From: Camelus ferus
Lineage: Eukaryota
Direction: 5' to 3'
Assembly (NCBI RefSeq): GCF_009834535.1
Contig: NC_045697.1
Span: 113,896,001 to 113,960,000 of the forward strand
Length of the DNA stretch: 64,000 bases
In this document: piece by piece, positions 38,801-51,643 of the stretch
Layout of the letters: every line of letters begins with the position of its first letter
Numbering within the stretch: position 1 is the stretch's first letter
The notes under the pieces: generated by a model
Told to the model about the DNA's origin: nothing
Databases searched by the model: none
The model's input: the letters and a program-made list of their open reading frames with translations, nothing else
Translations under genes and position numbers: made by a program

Positions 38801-41800
38801 GGCCATGGGGTGAGATTCAAACTCAGTTATAGGAGGCCAGGTGGTGCTGGCTGGGGAGTGGTGTTGGTAAATACAAAAAAAGTTAGGCTGTGAGATCTTA
38901 ACCGGTGCTGTAGAATTGTTTCCAAGTTTCTTTCCTGGCAGTGTTTGTTTTTTTTAAGTTCAATCATTTCTGTATATTAATCAACAGAAATCCACATTAA
39001 TGAGTAAGTCTGTAAGAAAGGTAACATCTACACCATTGCTTGACCTGTAGCCTGTTTCCTCCCAGACAACGCTAGCACCACTCTTGGGAACAGACTGGGA
39101 CAGCTGCTTTAGCCTGTGTGCTCTGGAAGGACCTTCTACACGGGGAAGGCCAAAAAGAACAAGAGAAATCAGTAGCAATTGCTCACTTCACCAACCTCTT
39201 CTTTACTTCTCTGTCAATTCATCTCTTCGTAGTTGTGACATTTTCCTAATTTTTATTTGTAATATTTTATATATACTGGTAATATTTTTACATCCATCTC
39301 AAATGTATCATATTATAATTTAGTTATAGTTATTAATCTACATAGTACTTACTAGATAACATATTAATGTTATGTGTTATATACACACAGGCGCTAGACA
39401 GACCCAAGTCCTTTCCCATCTGTTTCCTTGGAGGAGCCTCACGTCCAGCAAGTGGCTGTGGTGTTTGGACAGGATGACCTCTCCATCTGGGCCAGTACAC
39501 GGATTAGTTCCACGTCTAGTAGTGTATTTCCTTACACATTTCATTGCAGTCTCTGTACGGGAGGCTTCCAGTCATAGACTTGACATCGTATTCTCAACGT
39601 TCTGCTCTCAACGCCTGTGATGTAAAATATGTTACTCTGTGTGCCTCTCTGAAATTTGAAAATACAATATTTTGAGACTCCTGAAAGAAAAAAAAACACA
39701 ATTTAATTAAAATATTGATTGATGGCTGCTAACCCAACAGTGACTTATAGATTCTGAGACAATTAAGACACATTTTGAAAATGTTGAAATGTAAGTGTAG
39801 TGTTACAGAAGTTTTATAAGATCAACTGCCATGCCATATTGTGTTTTCATCTATTTGCTTAATACTTTACATCCAGCAATCAACATTACACATTTCTGTC
39901 ATAAATCTCTTCATTACCATGCACTTAAATAATTGTTTTGATACGCAGAACTGGAGTTCACACTGCTGCACTCAGATTCTCATCTGCAATACTAACATTG
40001 GCCAATAGATGCCCTAAGAGGTCTCCTAAACACAGGAACTCCAAAAATTAAAATCATCTATTTGAGCATCAGTAAGTTCTTGTACTTTATTTTCATAGTT
40101 CAATGACACTTGTGAAAAGGCACAAATATTTTTAGATCCCAAAGACTCTAAATATTACCATATTTCAAATTACCTCCCCTACACTAATTATGAAAATAAT
40201 AGAAGGAAGAAAAAAATAAACTTTCCCAGAATAGATTTTAAAAACTACAATGGAAATAGTGATACAGTTGATACACTTAAATTGATCATTTCTAATTTCA
40301 ATAAATGTGACCAATATAGAGTGTGTAAATAACAGCTCTAAGGTTAATTTAACCAGAGAAGATCAGGTTGAGTCCTGAAGCATTTGTATTACCTCACGTT
40401 TGAATTTTTCTGATTTTACTAAAATTTCTATCATTTTCTTAACATAGTTATTATCAGCATCTTCATCAATCAGTCTCTATTAATGGAAGTTACTTTAATT
40501 TTAGTTCCCTACTTCTAGATCTCTTAACAAGAAAGTTCATTCATACAAAACAAGATGACTTAGATGCATTTGTTCTATAAAACTAGGAAAATAGAATTAG
40601 GTTGTTTTCTCTCTAGTTTATAAAAAATTACACAATTATTCCTAGATTTTTTTTTTTTTGAACTAAGCCAAAAACTAAATGATTTTCTCCTAGGCTTATG
40701 TCAGCCTCCTAAGAAGCTAATTGAAAATGTATAGACACATGGCCATATAAAAACAAATTTTAATTTATTGAGCTACACTTATAAAAATATTTTTGAAATC
40801 CATCATTTCATCTGAGACTCCCTTTTGGAAAGCAACCCATTTTGGCACCAACCTTAACAGCCTGAGAATTCTGTGCATGGACATATTGATAGATGACAAT
40901 ACTTACTGAAATCTTATTCCCACCACTTTCATTCTAGGTCATACAGAATCCTGTTGACCAAGCCAAAACAGAGAGGAAAAGCAGCTCTGGGGAAAATTCA
41001 CAGTGTCATCACCTTGATGTCAGGGGGAGCATGTCTGTAAAGGAGCTATTAACTGAGGAAGACGAAAGTGCCTGGAAACTTGAACCCTGGAGTAGGTAAC
41101 AAACCTGAGACAGTGAATATTCATTTCCCTTGATATGATTTATATAAAAAACCAGTTTCATTTTTTCCCTTCAATTTAGAAGGTAAAATTCAAAAGGCCA
41201 AGGATCTGTGTTTATCACAAGAGAAATATTAGGTTTATAGGCTTTTTCACACTCAGCACCCCTGACCCACACTTTTCCTGTGGTCTTCAGCGGTCTTTTG
41301 AATGGCCGTCAGTATTTAATTCTAAATTCAAACTCAGAATTTTAATTTGATCCCAAATTATTGATGATAATTATTCACAATAACGAACCTTAGATTATTG
41401 ACCATAATGAACAAATCTATTCCCTAAACCCAACTGTATTGTTCCGTTTGCTGCTGTAGGTTTTGCCTTTTTAGTTTAGCAGTGTTTCTTGAAATAGGTC
41501 CTGTCCTTTTTCTATGTAATATTACCTCAATACAGATTGACATCAACAAATGTCTTAAACCTGTAACTTTTATTCATATTAAACATTCCAGGTTCCTGAA
41601 GAATTTGAAAAGTCCACTTGCACAGTGGGAATTAGAGTTCATAAGTGTATTGATCTAAAAGTTTGAGTGATAAAGAGTCATATAAAAGTTTTAGCATATT
41701 ACTTCTGAAAAAAACTCTAATCATTTATGAAATGTGCCATTGTGATGGTAAGTGTATGATTAAAATTTATAAAAATAATCTTTCTTGATGTATCTCCCTG

Positions 41801-41915
41801 TGTGTTAAAGTGAATACTAGTAAAAAAAAAAAAAGTGACTTTTATATTATTCATGATACAGGTAAAAATCTCTTCTCCAAAACCAACACAATGCCTGCAC
41901 TATGATAGTGGAGAC

Positions 41916-41948
<33 letters not shown>

Positions 41949-41962
41949 TATACATATATATA
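41916..41962. repeat. Poly-A plus (TA)n microsatellite
   Basis: Read directly. Confidence 0.9.
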
Positions 41963-43689
41963 AACATAATCTCAATGTTCACATATTAAAAAATAAGCTA
42001 ATATAATCTCATGAAATTATGTGGTTGATTGGAAATACCACTTAAGTCAAAAAAAAATGTGTGTGTAACTGAACAGTGTTCTTTAGTCTAGACCTTTATG
42101 TATTAGTACTGAAGTTTTGATTCTTATATGTATCCTAAATCTTATGTTTATATCTTAAAGAAAACATCTGAAAATCCTCCTCAGCGCAGACTTTCCCTCT
42201 CACACCTTCCTCACAAAGTGCATTTAAAATCACCAATCTGAGTTAGTTAAGAAATTTAGATACAAATGCATTGTATCAATATTCCATCCATAACACAGTT
42301 TTGTATTTAAATATCCTATAACACAAGACATATCAGTAAAGAATGTTTTATTGAACTAAAAATCAATTTTTTTTTTAAATTGATAAACAGTAGAGAGAGA
42401 GAAAGATCCTGAAGGAAAAAGAGTTAGACAGGGGGAAAGAAAGAAAATAAAAGAAGTAAGGAAGGAAAACAAAAGAGGAAGTTGGAAAAGGAAAATATAC
42501 TTTCAAGTGTCACAAATTCAAACAATATTGTAAAACACTGCATATTTAACACTTGGAATTGCATCCAAAGGCGGAGAAGAAAGGTTTAAATTAAATTTCA
42601 GAAATTCGTTTTTCATGAGAACTAATTGTTTAATGTGTCATCCCACTTTTTAAACCATGTGTCTGTACCTATCAGGAGAAAACACCGTAGTATAGAAGCC
42701 CGCAGTGCAGGAGATTCGAGGTCTCTAACAGAGACACGTTTTGTGCTTAGTTGTAATCTCACCACTCTCTTTAATGAAGGAAGGTTTGGCCATTATGGTG
42801 GTGATTTTTCCTGGCCCTGCCTTATTTCACTCCCCTCCAAATTAAAAGTACAAATTACCTAGCCCAAAGTTGTGAACCTTTGCTTTTCAAAATAAGCATG
42901 TTCCTAACTTTCAGCCAACCTTCTTAGAATTGATTCAAAAAGAAAAAATGAATAACTCATACAGTGTTATTTTCTTTAGAGTGTTCATAATTCTAATGGA
43001 CTACAAATACATTAGTATAATTATCATTTGCAAAGGCGCTTGTAAAATTTGATGACGCAACAGGAGCCCAAAAATGGAGAACTGAAAAGCAGTATGATTA
43101 AAAGGTAAAGCCTTCATACAAGTATAGATGTGTACTCACAAGACAACAACACAGCGCACTTTATAATGTCTGTCTATTACATTTTAATGTGTTTGTGTAA
43201 ATTACCTGAATTAAAACCCGTCAGTACATGTTGGTTATTCAGCCTTAAAAATATTTTCCTTGAGTATCCTTACTTAATATTTCAGTCATCTTTCCAGTGA
43301 CATTTACGACTAAAAAGCCATCCAGTCCCTCCCTGCATGCCTGGCATCTTACTGTTGTTCTGCAGTTACTTTCAATATCCTACACAGTAATTACATGTGT
43401 GACTATGTGGGAATATTGTAATATTGCTTATGAAAAATACGTGACTACTTTAATAGACCCACTCTGTCCTCTTTGAGTTTCATTCTGAGTAGGTAAAATG
43501 TACTCTCTGACCTCTTAACTTAACTCATCCCTGGTTCTAGTCACTCTGCCCTTTCCACGTCTCCCAAACTAACTACTCTAAGGTACCATTTTCACAGTCT
43601 TAACAACAGATGCCAATTTTTCCCACCTAAGGGGAAAGCTCTTAAGATATCAAATTCCAATATAAAAATTTCTAAAGTTTTTGAATTCT

Positions 43690-43817
43690 TGTTTTAATGT
43701 AATTGTATTGAAGTGTAGTCAGTTGACAATGCTGTGTCTGTTTCTGGTGTACAGCACAACACTTCAATCCTACATGAACATACGTATATTCGTTTCCATA
43801 CTCTTTTTCACCATAAG
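43690..43817 (-). mobile_element. Short LINE-1 3' end (~128 bp) with TSD
   Basis: Matches 24,160-24,270. TSD TTTGAATTCT (43,680-43,689 / 43,818-43,827). Confidence 0.85.
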
Positions 43818-45849
43818 TTTGAATTCTAATGTAGACTCACAAGATGGCAGGTACGTAACGGACTTTAGTGACAACTTAGTACAAGATCCACATTTTACGA
43901 ATGATGAGAGTGATGAGAGAATAATTTGCTTTTGGTTACATAGCCAATTAGCAGAGAACAAAACCTAGACTCCCCTAGGAAGGTGCTGTCTTCCCATTAC
44001 TTTTCTGTATGCATGCATCTGCATGCATGTATGCCCAAATAGTTCTATTTTGTTTTCTTTTTTTCTTTTTTCTTTTCTCCTTTCTTTTGTCCTCCCTCTT
44101 TTAGAGACAATGAGAAATTATTCTGCTTTTTCTTTCCATACTTGAGACACGGTTTTGTTTTCCAGTTTCATTCCCTTAGGCTTTTGAATAATATTATGCC
44201 TGCCTTAATTGAATTCATAACCCCCGACAGTATGATCACTGGAGTGAAGTGAGAGATAGTGTCTATTAAACAACATGACCACAGGCTTTGGTGGAATCAT
44301 GTAAGAATTTTTATAATGCACTCTCTATATTTCTATAGTGAACTTTTCGGTCTTCTCTGACATTTTGGCAGGTTGGTATGAAGCAGACCAAAATATGTCA
44401 TGTGACATTTCCAAAGAAACAAAACACATGTGCTTTGATCAGCCTAAAAACAAGACTATTCTGCTGGCTCTGTTGTAATTGCAATTGTGGAATGACCATC
44501 TGCTCCCACATGTCGTTGTTCACGCCCTCCTCTGATGTCAGAAACCATTATTAAAAGCACTTTGGTATTGAGGGACTTTTAGAATATGTGTGTGTGTGTG
44601 TATGTGAAGATTTAGTAAGCAGTGCAGAAAGGCATGACATGTCATTTATATATTTACATAAAATCAAGAGTTGTCAGAGGGAGACTGAACATTGCAGATT
44701 ACCTGGAATGCAAGCATTGTGGTCTAGATGTGTCAGAGGGATATTCCTAGGAAACTGGGAAAGAAACTGACATATTTGGGAATAAAACTGAAAAGAAAGG
44801 TTCATGTGGATGCAAATTAGTAAAAAGAAAGCCCTCAGAAGCAAAAATACTGTATTTTTGCCTTCAATTTTGCTCTTGTGTAAGTAACTACTAAGAAGGC
44901 ATTGGATATATATGTGCACAAAATAAGTATGCTTCTTCAAATAATTTCTGAAACATGGCAGAAAAATCAAACTTATGAATTATTTTTCCAGATAGGATTA
45001 TAAACAAGTGAATTCATTTCACCAGAGTCCCTGAAAACACTCATGAGTAAACTCAACCCAAAATTATTTTAAACTTCAGGACTATGACAACATGTATCAG
45101 GATGTGTGCATTTTGATTGTAAACAACGTGTTGAATGCTATGAGATTTCTTGAATAAACAACGTTTTCATGAAAAATAATGTATCAAACTTAAGATGGTT
45201 TAGGCTGGACTTGCCATGTCTTTGTACAACTATATCCTGATGGCTAATAGCTGTTGGGGGGAAATGTGGATAGACTGTGAATAATGACCCTGTAGGATGA
45301 TTGATCATTTCAGCTCACTGGAAGTGTTTACAAGTTTAAGCAGTCAGGAATCTGGCATCGCAGCCCCCTTTCTCTTGCCATCAAGAACCTTAGATAGAGC
45401 CTCATGGGGACAAGAAACATCACATACACAAGAGAATTGCTAAAGGTTCTGAAATGCTTCCAGCATACCCCATCTTTCATAAAAAAATTGATATATTGGA
45501 CATAATGAATACGGCATAACCTTCAGAATGTTGGCAGTGGAAGTTGGATTTGAAAACTCTCACTCTTTTTTTTTCTTTAATTTAATTATGTGTTTAACCC
45601 TGGAATCTCCAAACCCATTTAACTTAATAACGTATTTAATCCTGAGAATGAGAGGGAGGATTCTGCAGATTTTATGGGAACACACGAAGTCTGATACGTG
45701 CTATGCAGCACTCATAAAAAAGAAAGAAAGAAAAAACATTCATTGTGTTTACGAAAGATAAGTATTGCAAGCTTTCACATTTTCTCCCAGTGCTCAAAGC
45801 TTTTTTTTTTTTTTTTTTTTTTTTTTCCCCTCCAGAACAAGTTTCTGCT

Positions 45850-46640
45850 GCAGCGACTCCCTCTAGCAGCTCCGTGAACCGCGGAAAGGGAACGGAACAT
45901 CAAAACACATCCTTTCAGGAAACAAATGGCCGGGAGAAGGAGGGAAGTTTGGCCAGGAAGATCAGACAGATCTTTTGGTTTGTTTTTCTTGGCGTGGTTG
46001 CACGGACTCCTCCTGTCCCCCATCCCTGTCCCGCTCCACCGGCCCCCAGCCTGCCCTCTGTGCCCCGCGGGCCCCTCCGCGCGTCTCCCTGCGGGAGCGG
46101 CCAGCTGAGGTCTCCGGAACGCACAGAGCGGCGTCCCAGCGAAAGCGAAGCTCCGTTCAGCTTCCTCAGGGCGGGCGGTGATGGATCGTGACGTCCAGCG
46201 ACGCCCACGCCGACCCTAAGCCCGGACTCGGCCGCCTGCGCGGCCCCAGCCGACCCCGGCAAGGAGCCCCTTCCAGGGGGCGGCCCGCGCCTCCCGGGGG
46301 GAGCCGTATGCAAAATCGTTACGTCAGGCGGCGGGGCGGGGCGAGCCCGGGTTGAGTGGCAGCCGCCCCTGCTCGGGGAGGAGGCGCGAGAATCAGCCTG
46401 GTTCAGTGACTGAGACTAACCGGAGGTGAGAGCAGCGGGTGCTGTCCACTGCGCTCTCGGTGCTGAACCCGGGACCGGCTCCTCCCGCACCTCGAGGCAA
46501 CGCCCTCTTCCACCTTCTGCGCCCTGCGGGACCCTCGTCACCAGCTGGACCCTATCAACTTGATAAAGGAGTGTGGTATCGGACGTGGGAGAGAGTCCTC
46601 TGTTTGCCACCTGGGCGCCCATTCAGGCGTGACTTCGGGG
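45850..46640 (+). promoter_or_regulatory. CpG island / TATA-less promoter
   Basis: The only GC- and CpG-dense block in the window. Contains CRE-like TGACGTCC (46,189-46,196) and TTACGTCA (46,319-46,326), and an Sp/KLF GC box GGGGCGGGGC (46,333-46,342). A splice donor follows on the + strand. Confidence 0.9.
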
Positions 46641-46799
46641 ATTTCTATAGTTTTAGACCAAACTATTTCCACCTTTTCCCAGCAAAGACCATCTTTTGGT
46701 TTTTTTAATTTTTAAAAATTATTATTATTATTACTGTGATTTACATACCCACACCGTTTAAGATTCTTTCCGGGAGACTTTTTTGACTGTTGAAATAAG
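46360..46799 (+). other. FSTL5: Non-coding first exon (5' UTR), probably of follistatin-like 5; start coordinate approximate
   Basis: No ATG between 46,311 and 46,799, and a donor AAG|GTAAGA. CATTCAGGCGTGACTT...GATTTCTATAGTTTTAGACCAAACTATTT...GACTGTTGAAATAAG matches my recollection of the human FSTL5 5' UTR just upstream of the ATG-bearing exon. The gene identity is recall and was not checked. Confidence 0.7.
46438..46467 (-). promoter_or_regulatory. Non-canonical (expanded-spacer) RE1/NRSE, candidate REST site
   Basis: The minus strand reads TTCAGCACC-GAGAGCGCAGT-GGACAGCACC. Both RE1 half-sites are near perfect, with an 11-nt spacer instead of 2. Confidence 0.65.
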
Positions 46800-47031
46800 G
46801 TAAGAAAAAGAATGTTATTATATATATATACATTTTTCACAGATGGGGGAGCAATACAGACTGCCATACAAAAATTTAAGAGCAAGTTATGATTATTTTT
46901 ATAATTTGAAATGGGACAGTTGGCAATGATTGCAACAATTATTTTAATAATGACTGCTCTCATTACTATTATGAGAATGTCTGTTGGTGATTATTCACTG
47001 AATTCTAGAGGGGAAGTTGAGAGCTTTGTTT

Positions 47032-47065
<34 letters not shown>

Positions 47066-47073
47066 TGTATGTG
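47032..47073. repeat. (TG)n microsatellite, interrupted
   Basis: About 21 purine-pyrimidine units read directly, ~230 bp into intron 1. Confidence 0.95.
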
Positions 47074-50000
47074 AAGTTTATGTCATCATGTTACATCTTG
47101 CTTATAAATATAAATTTTGTAGAGCAACACTTCTAGCACGGCTCAAAGAACAGGAACCATTCCAGGCAAGTCCTCAAATATGTTGGTAAATTATATTAAA
47201 TAAATCAACCAACAAGTTGTTTAAAACAAATGCAACATTAAAAAAATATGTGAGTGGACTAATCTCTGATAATCGGTATTAGTTCTGGTATCTAAATCAT
47301 AGGCTGCAAAGTGCAAATCTTTCTTAACATTATTTTGGAGGGGAGGTGGTAGGGCTAGGAGCATTTATACCATGCTGGGTTCATTTAGATGTGTTGTTAT
47401 GCAGTAGATCCAAATAGAACTTGTGAAACTCAGTCTCTGAGAATTCTATACCCCAAGGTCATGTGTATTTCCAAGTTGGGGGCTGTTTGTTCTGCTACTG
47501 ACTTGTGACTGTCATCCCCTCCTCACCCCCTCAGGTTAGAGGTGGATGTAAATGGGAAACTCTGATTTAATAACACAATATTACCTTGTATTATAGTCGC
47601 TACTGCTGTTGGTAATTGAATGGAACTGGGAAGCGTGGGCTGAGAAAATGTCTCGCTATTTCAGCAATGTTTAACCTCTTGCATGCTTAACAGAGAGCTT
47701 TTCTCTACTTAGGCGATTTTCTTTTGAAGCTATGTTCCTTTTGTCAATTGGCAGTGCGTTTTGAATGTGTCTGGAGACAGAATTCAGTGCAGAAAACCCC
47801 TGAACAGTACTTCCCATAGTGAACAATTATTAAATGATAGAAGTTAGCTGGTGCTCTGTGCATTTCTATGACTACCCATGACTTTATTGATAGGCACGAT
47901 GGTTTGCCTGGTAAATGTTGCGTCCTTTCATTTATGTCATTTAGTGACATTAGATTAAGTGTAATTGATGGCTAGGAAGACATTGGGGGAGGTTCCTTTA
48001 CACTCAGAGAAGAGTTCAGGTTTCAACTAGATGTCCTTTACTAACAGGACTGGGTAAAATATAAGCTATTTCAGACAATAAATATCAGTTCAGCTGACTA
48101 GGGCTATATTTTTCAGCAACTAAAAAAGTACACTAAGTTAAGTTTAAATATTTGTATATTTTTAATTATCATGAAAATGCTTACTCCAGTTGTATCACAC
48201 TTACAAGGATGAACTTTAGATTTAGAGTTTCGTATTTAAAATAATTCCTTTGGGTAGAGGTCTTTTTATTTTATTTATAGCCCAGCCCTACATAGGAGTG
48301 ATTGTTACGAGAAATGGATATTACTGCAAACACTGGAGGTCAAATGTAAATCCTCTTTAGCTGTCCTCATGTTTTACCCTGAGCAGATGTGCTTTGTAGG
48401 ATTCCTGTCAGTCGTGTTATTGTACATAAATTAGTGATGCACATTTTTAAGGACTAAGCAGGTAGAAAAGCAAAGTAGGATATATGAAAGCTTATGCCAG
48501 TGTCTCTTAATTGTTTATAGAATTATTCTTTTCTTCTGTACATTTTGAAATTTTCTCTTTAAAACTAATTATATTGGTCTAAATACTCAGACTGTTGAAT
48601 TTCAAACAGAATTATGGCTTTTAAATTTTTCAGCTTTATTTTGTTATTTGTTATATTGAAACATAAACATATATTTTAACTTTGTAACTTACTTTAAAAA
48701 TAGTAACATATATAACCACTATATTCACCCAAATGAGTATCTCATTGACTTCCTTTTCCATGAAGTTTTCTAAAATGTATGTATTTGTTTGGGTAGAAAC
48801 AGTAAAGCTTGAACTACCAATTTTCAGAATTCTTTTAGATGAAGTTTAGAGTTGTCACAATGAAATGGTGAAACACTGAAAACCAAAATCAAAATATGTT
48901 ATTGGCAATAGTGAAACCAGTAAGGTGGGCTCCATGAGATTGCAAACTTAAAATACTAGTAGCATTTTACCCTGATTTTTTTTTACCCATGAACTTTTAT
49001 GTATTAGTTCTGAAGTAAGGTAAAATTAGGTGACCATAGTAAGTCCAAAATTAGAACATTGAAGATAGTATTTGGATACAGAATGTAATTCTAACTGTAA
49101 ACAACTAAAATTGCCAACTTTGAAGACATCTATTGAAGATATTCACATGTAGTGATCCTTCATTAATTCTTTGTTCCACAAAGAAATGACTGTGTTTTGG
49201 AATTATTACTTGTCCATGTGAAATTCAAGTGGGTATTCAATACCACTGCAACAGACAGCTTGCTATATCATTCGTTCATTTCACTTCATCAGCACTGCAA
49301 ATATATAAAGCACTTCTTACTTCAAGATGATAAACTTTCATAAAGCATATAGACAAATTATTGAAATAATTTAATGGCACGACATGTTCAAATTGTCTTT
49401 CTTGTTTCTCAGTTTCTTAAAGCACATTGATCTAGTTAAAAATTTCAAAATGATATGCTGGATAGATGTCATCTTTTTCTTACAAATAAGATTAATAACT
49501 ATATATGTTTGATTGGAATTTAAGATAAAGTTGAAACAATTTAAATTTGATGTTATCAAGGCTACATATTGCTTTTTTTTCTGTTTATTAACATGTACAG
49601 CAGAAAAATCAAGAAAGTAATAATAAACCTGAAATATGCTAAAAAGTTTTAGCAACTTGACTTTTTTAAAGTAACTAACTTTTAAAATCATATTTAATAG
49701 TTTATTGAGAATTTTCTTTGAATGATGGCCATCTTTTTATGTTTGATGCTCATTTATCCATGAAAACAAAAGACGTTGAATGATATGTTCCTACCAACCC
49801 TTCATATTTGCTCCAAGTCAACATACTATTGCTAGTATTTTTAAAAATTATTTACTATGTTATAAAGTTCAAAAGACTCTTGTGAACTAATAGGCTAGAA
49901 AAATACTCCCTATTGTTAACATCATCATAAAAGGCATGTGACCAATTATTCTCCACAAAACAGACTTAACCACCTTCTGCTTCAGCATCTCCAGTGTCCT

Positions 50001-51137
50001 CTGGGCATAGTCTACTTAAGGTGAGCTGTAGGGTGCCTTGTGGAAAATCACAATTTTCTCATTAAATTGGTCACCAGACAACAAAACAATTGGTCCCTTT
50101 GTGCTTTAAGCACCCTGGTATCAAAGAAGCTAATATTGCTATCACAGATGAGACAGTGTTTTTGATCAATTCAGAATTCTAATGAGTCTTAATATGGATT
50201 TTTTGAAAGAGCAAGAGTTAAACAGTAGTATAATGTTACTATAAGGCATGTGTCTGTGGGTGTGTGCATGTATATGTATGTATGTACACATACAAATATG
50301 TATATATGCATATATTAGCTATCTATCTTCATATATAATCATATATATAATTTTTGGTAAATTCTACTCTGCCATAAACATGCGATGGGAATGATCTGGA
50401 ACATGGAAGCTCAAGAAATTCTACTTACTATAAAAGTAACTTACATGCTAAGCTATAATACAAAATGTAATTTTCAGTGGCAAAGGTGTTTTCCAATTAT
50501 TGTCATGTTGCATTTAGGCTGGTATGCCTAAGCACACACCAGTTTTTGTTTTCTTGCCATGAAAATGTCATTCAGAAGCTCTCATGCTGATCAGCAAGGG
50601 AAGGGACAATTGGAAACGAAAATTTGCCAGGAATAAGAAATGGAACAAATGTGTACCTATGAAGAGATTATAGTACTACACTGATTGTACAAACGTATGA
50701 GTAATGATGGATAATTTGGAAGTTATTATCCTAAAAGAGACACGTAAGGTTTACTTCTTATATATCTTCTGGTAATAAGCCAGGTACTTCTGAGGAACAG
50801 AGCCCAGATATTCCTGCACCTAAAATATTTTTGTTATTTGTGTATCAGTGTTTTCACACATAGATGTGGTAAAATGTGGGAAGAAGAGCAGCTTAACTCC
50901 AAACTTTCTTGCTTTAAAGCCCAGTAATTGATACTAATTTAATGTGGTTTGGGTATCGAATTATGCAAATCTCTAAAGCCAAGTAGTTGCTTAGTGAGTT
51001 CATTTCCATGTCAATACAGAGAATATTATTCCAGCTCATAACTGGTTCATGGCACTGCTAACAATTCCAAAGCACAGTGCAAAAGACTTGAAAAATCCTT
51101 CTTGCATTGAGTTTTATTTAAATATATTCTTTTTAAT

Positions 51138-51643
51138 TGACAGTTAAGAGAAAGTTACTTTAGCGATATATTTTCCCTGTGTAAGTAGCACCAAGGTACC
51201 AATTAAAATATAAATACAGCAGCAATTAAGACACACAAGCCTGAACTGTGTTCCCCAAAGACGATGATGAAATGGAAATAATTTGGCGTCCCTGGTTGGA
51301 CCAATTCCACCAAACACATTAGATAGTGTTTTAAGGACCACTGAGACCTTAGCTTTTCTAGTTTCTAAAACCTTCAAAGTTAAGGTTCTCACACACATGA
51401 AGTGACCAACACCCCCACACCCTTTGTGATTATGTGCCCCCCTTTTCAAAGACACAGGGGTTGTTGAGGCCCTGGTGTCAACCTGACTCTGGACTACCTC
51501 ATCTAGGGTTAAGGAAGTGGTTTCATTTATCTTCCCAAAGAAACAGGGCCAGCGAGCTGCTCCTAGTACAGGCTTTTGCTGTCTCATAATGGATTACCTG
51601 TTGATATCCGAGCATATGGTCTGTGGGCGTGGATTTGCCTACA
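51138..51643. mobile_element. Possible solo LTR
   Basis: A ~506-bp GC-richer block bounded by TG...CA. No TSD found and the family is not recognised. Confidence 0.35.

Noticed and set aside
44009..44028. ATGCATGCA-TC-TGCATGCAT hairpin with TGCATG (RBFOX-like) motifs
   Set aside because: Upstream of the inferred TSS, so probably not transcribed. Explained by a short (ATGC)n repeat.
46308..46316. Octamer-like ATGCAAAAT in the promoter
   Set aside because: Imperfect match to ATGCAAAT and too weak alone.
45745..46708. Several overlapping 60-148 aa ORFs across the CpG island
   Set aside because: Expected from stop-codon scarcity in GC-rich DNA. Most have non-ATG starts, Pro/Gly/Arg-rich translations and no recognisable domain. 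The GTG-initiated 46,439-46,708 frame would need ribosome profiling to be believed.
51144..51587. 147-aa ATG ORF on the minus strand
   Set aside because: Lies within a probable LTR, with no recognisable domain or splice context.
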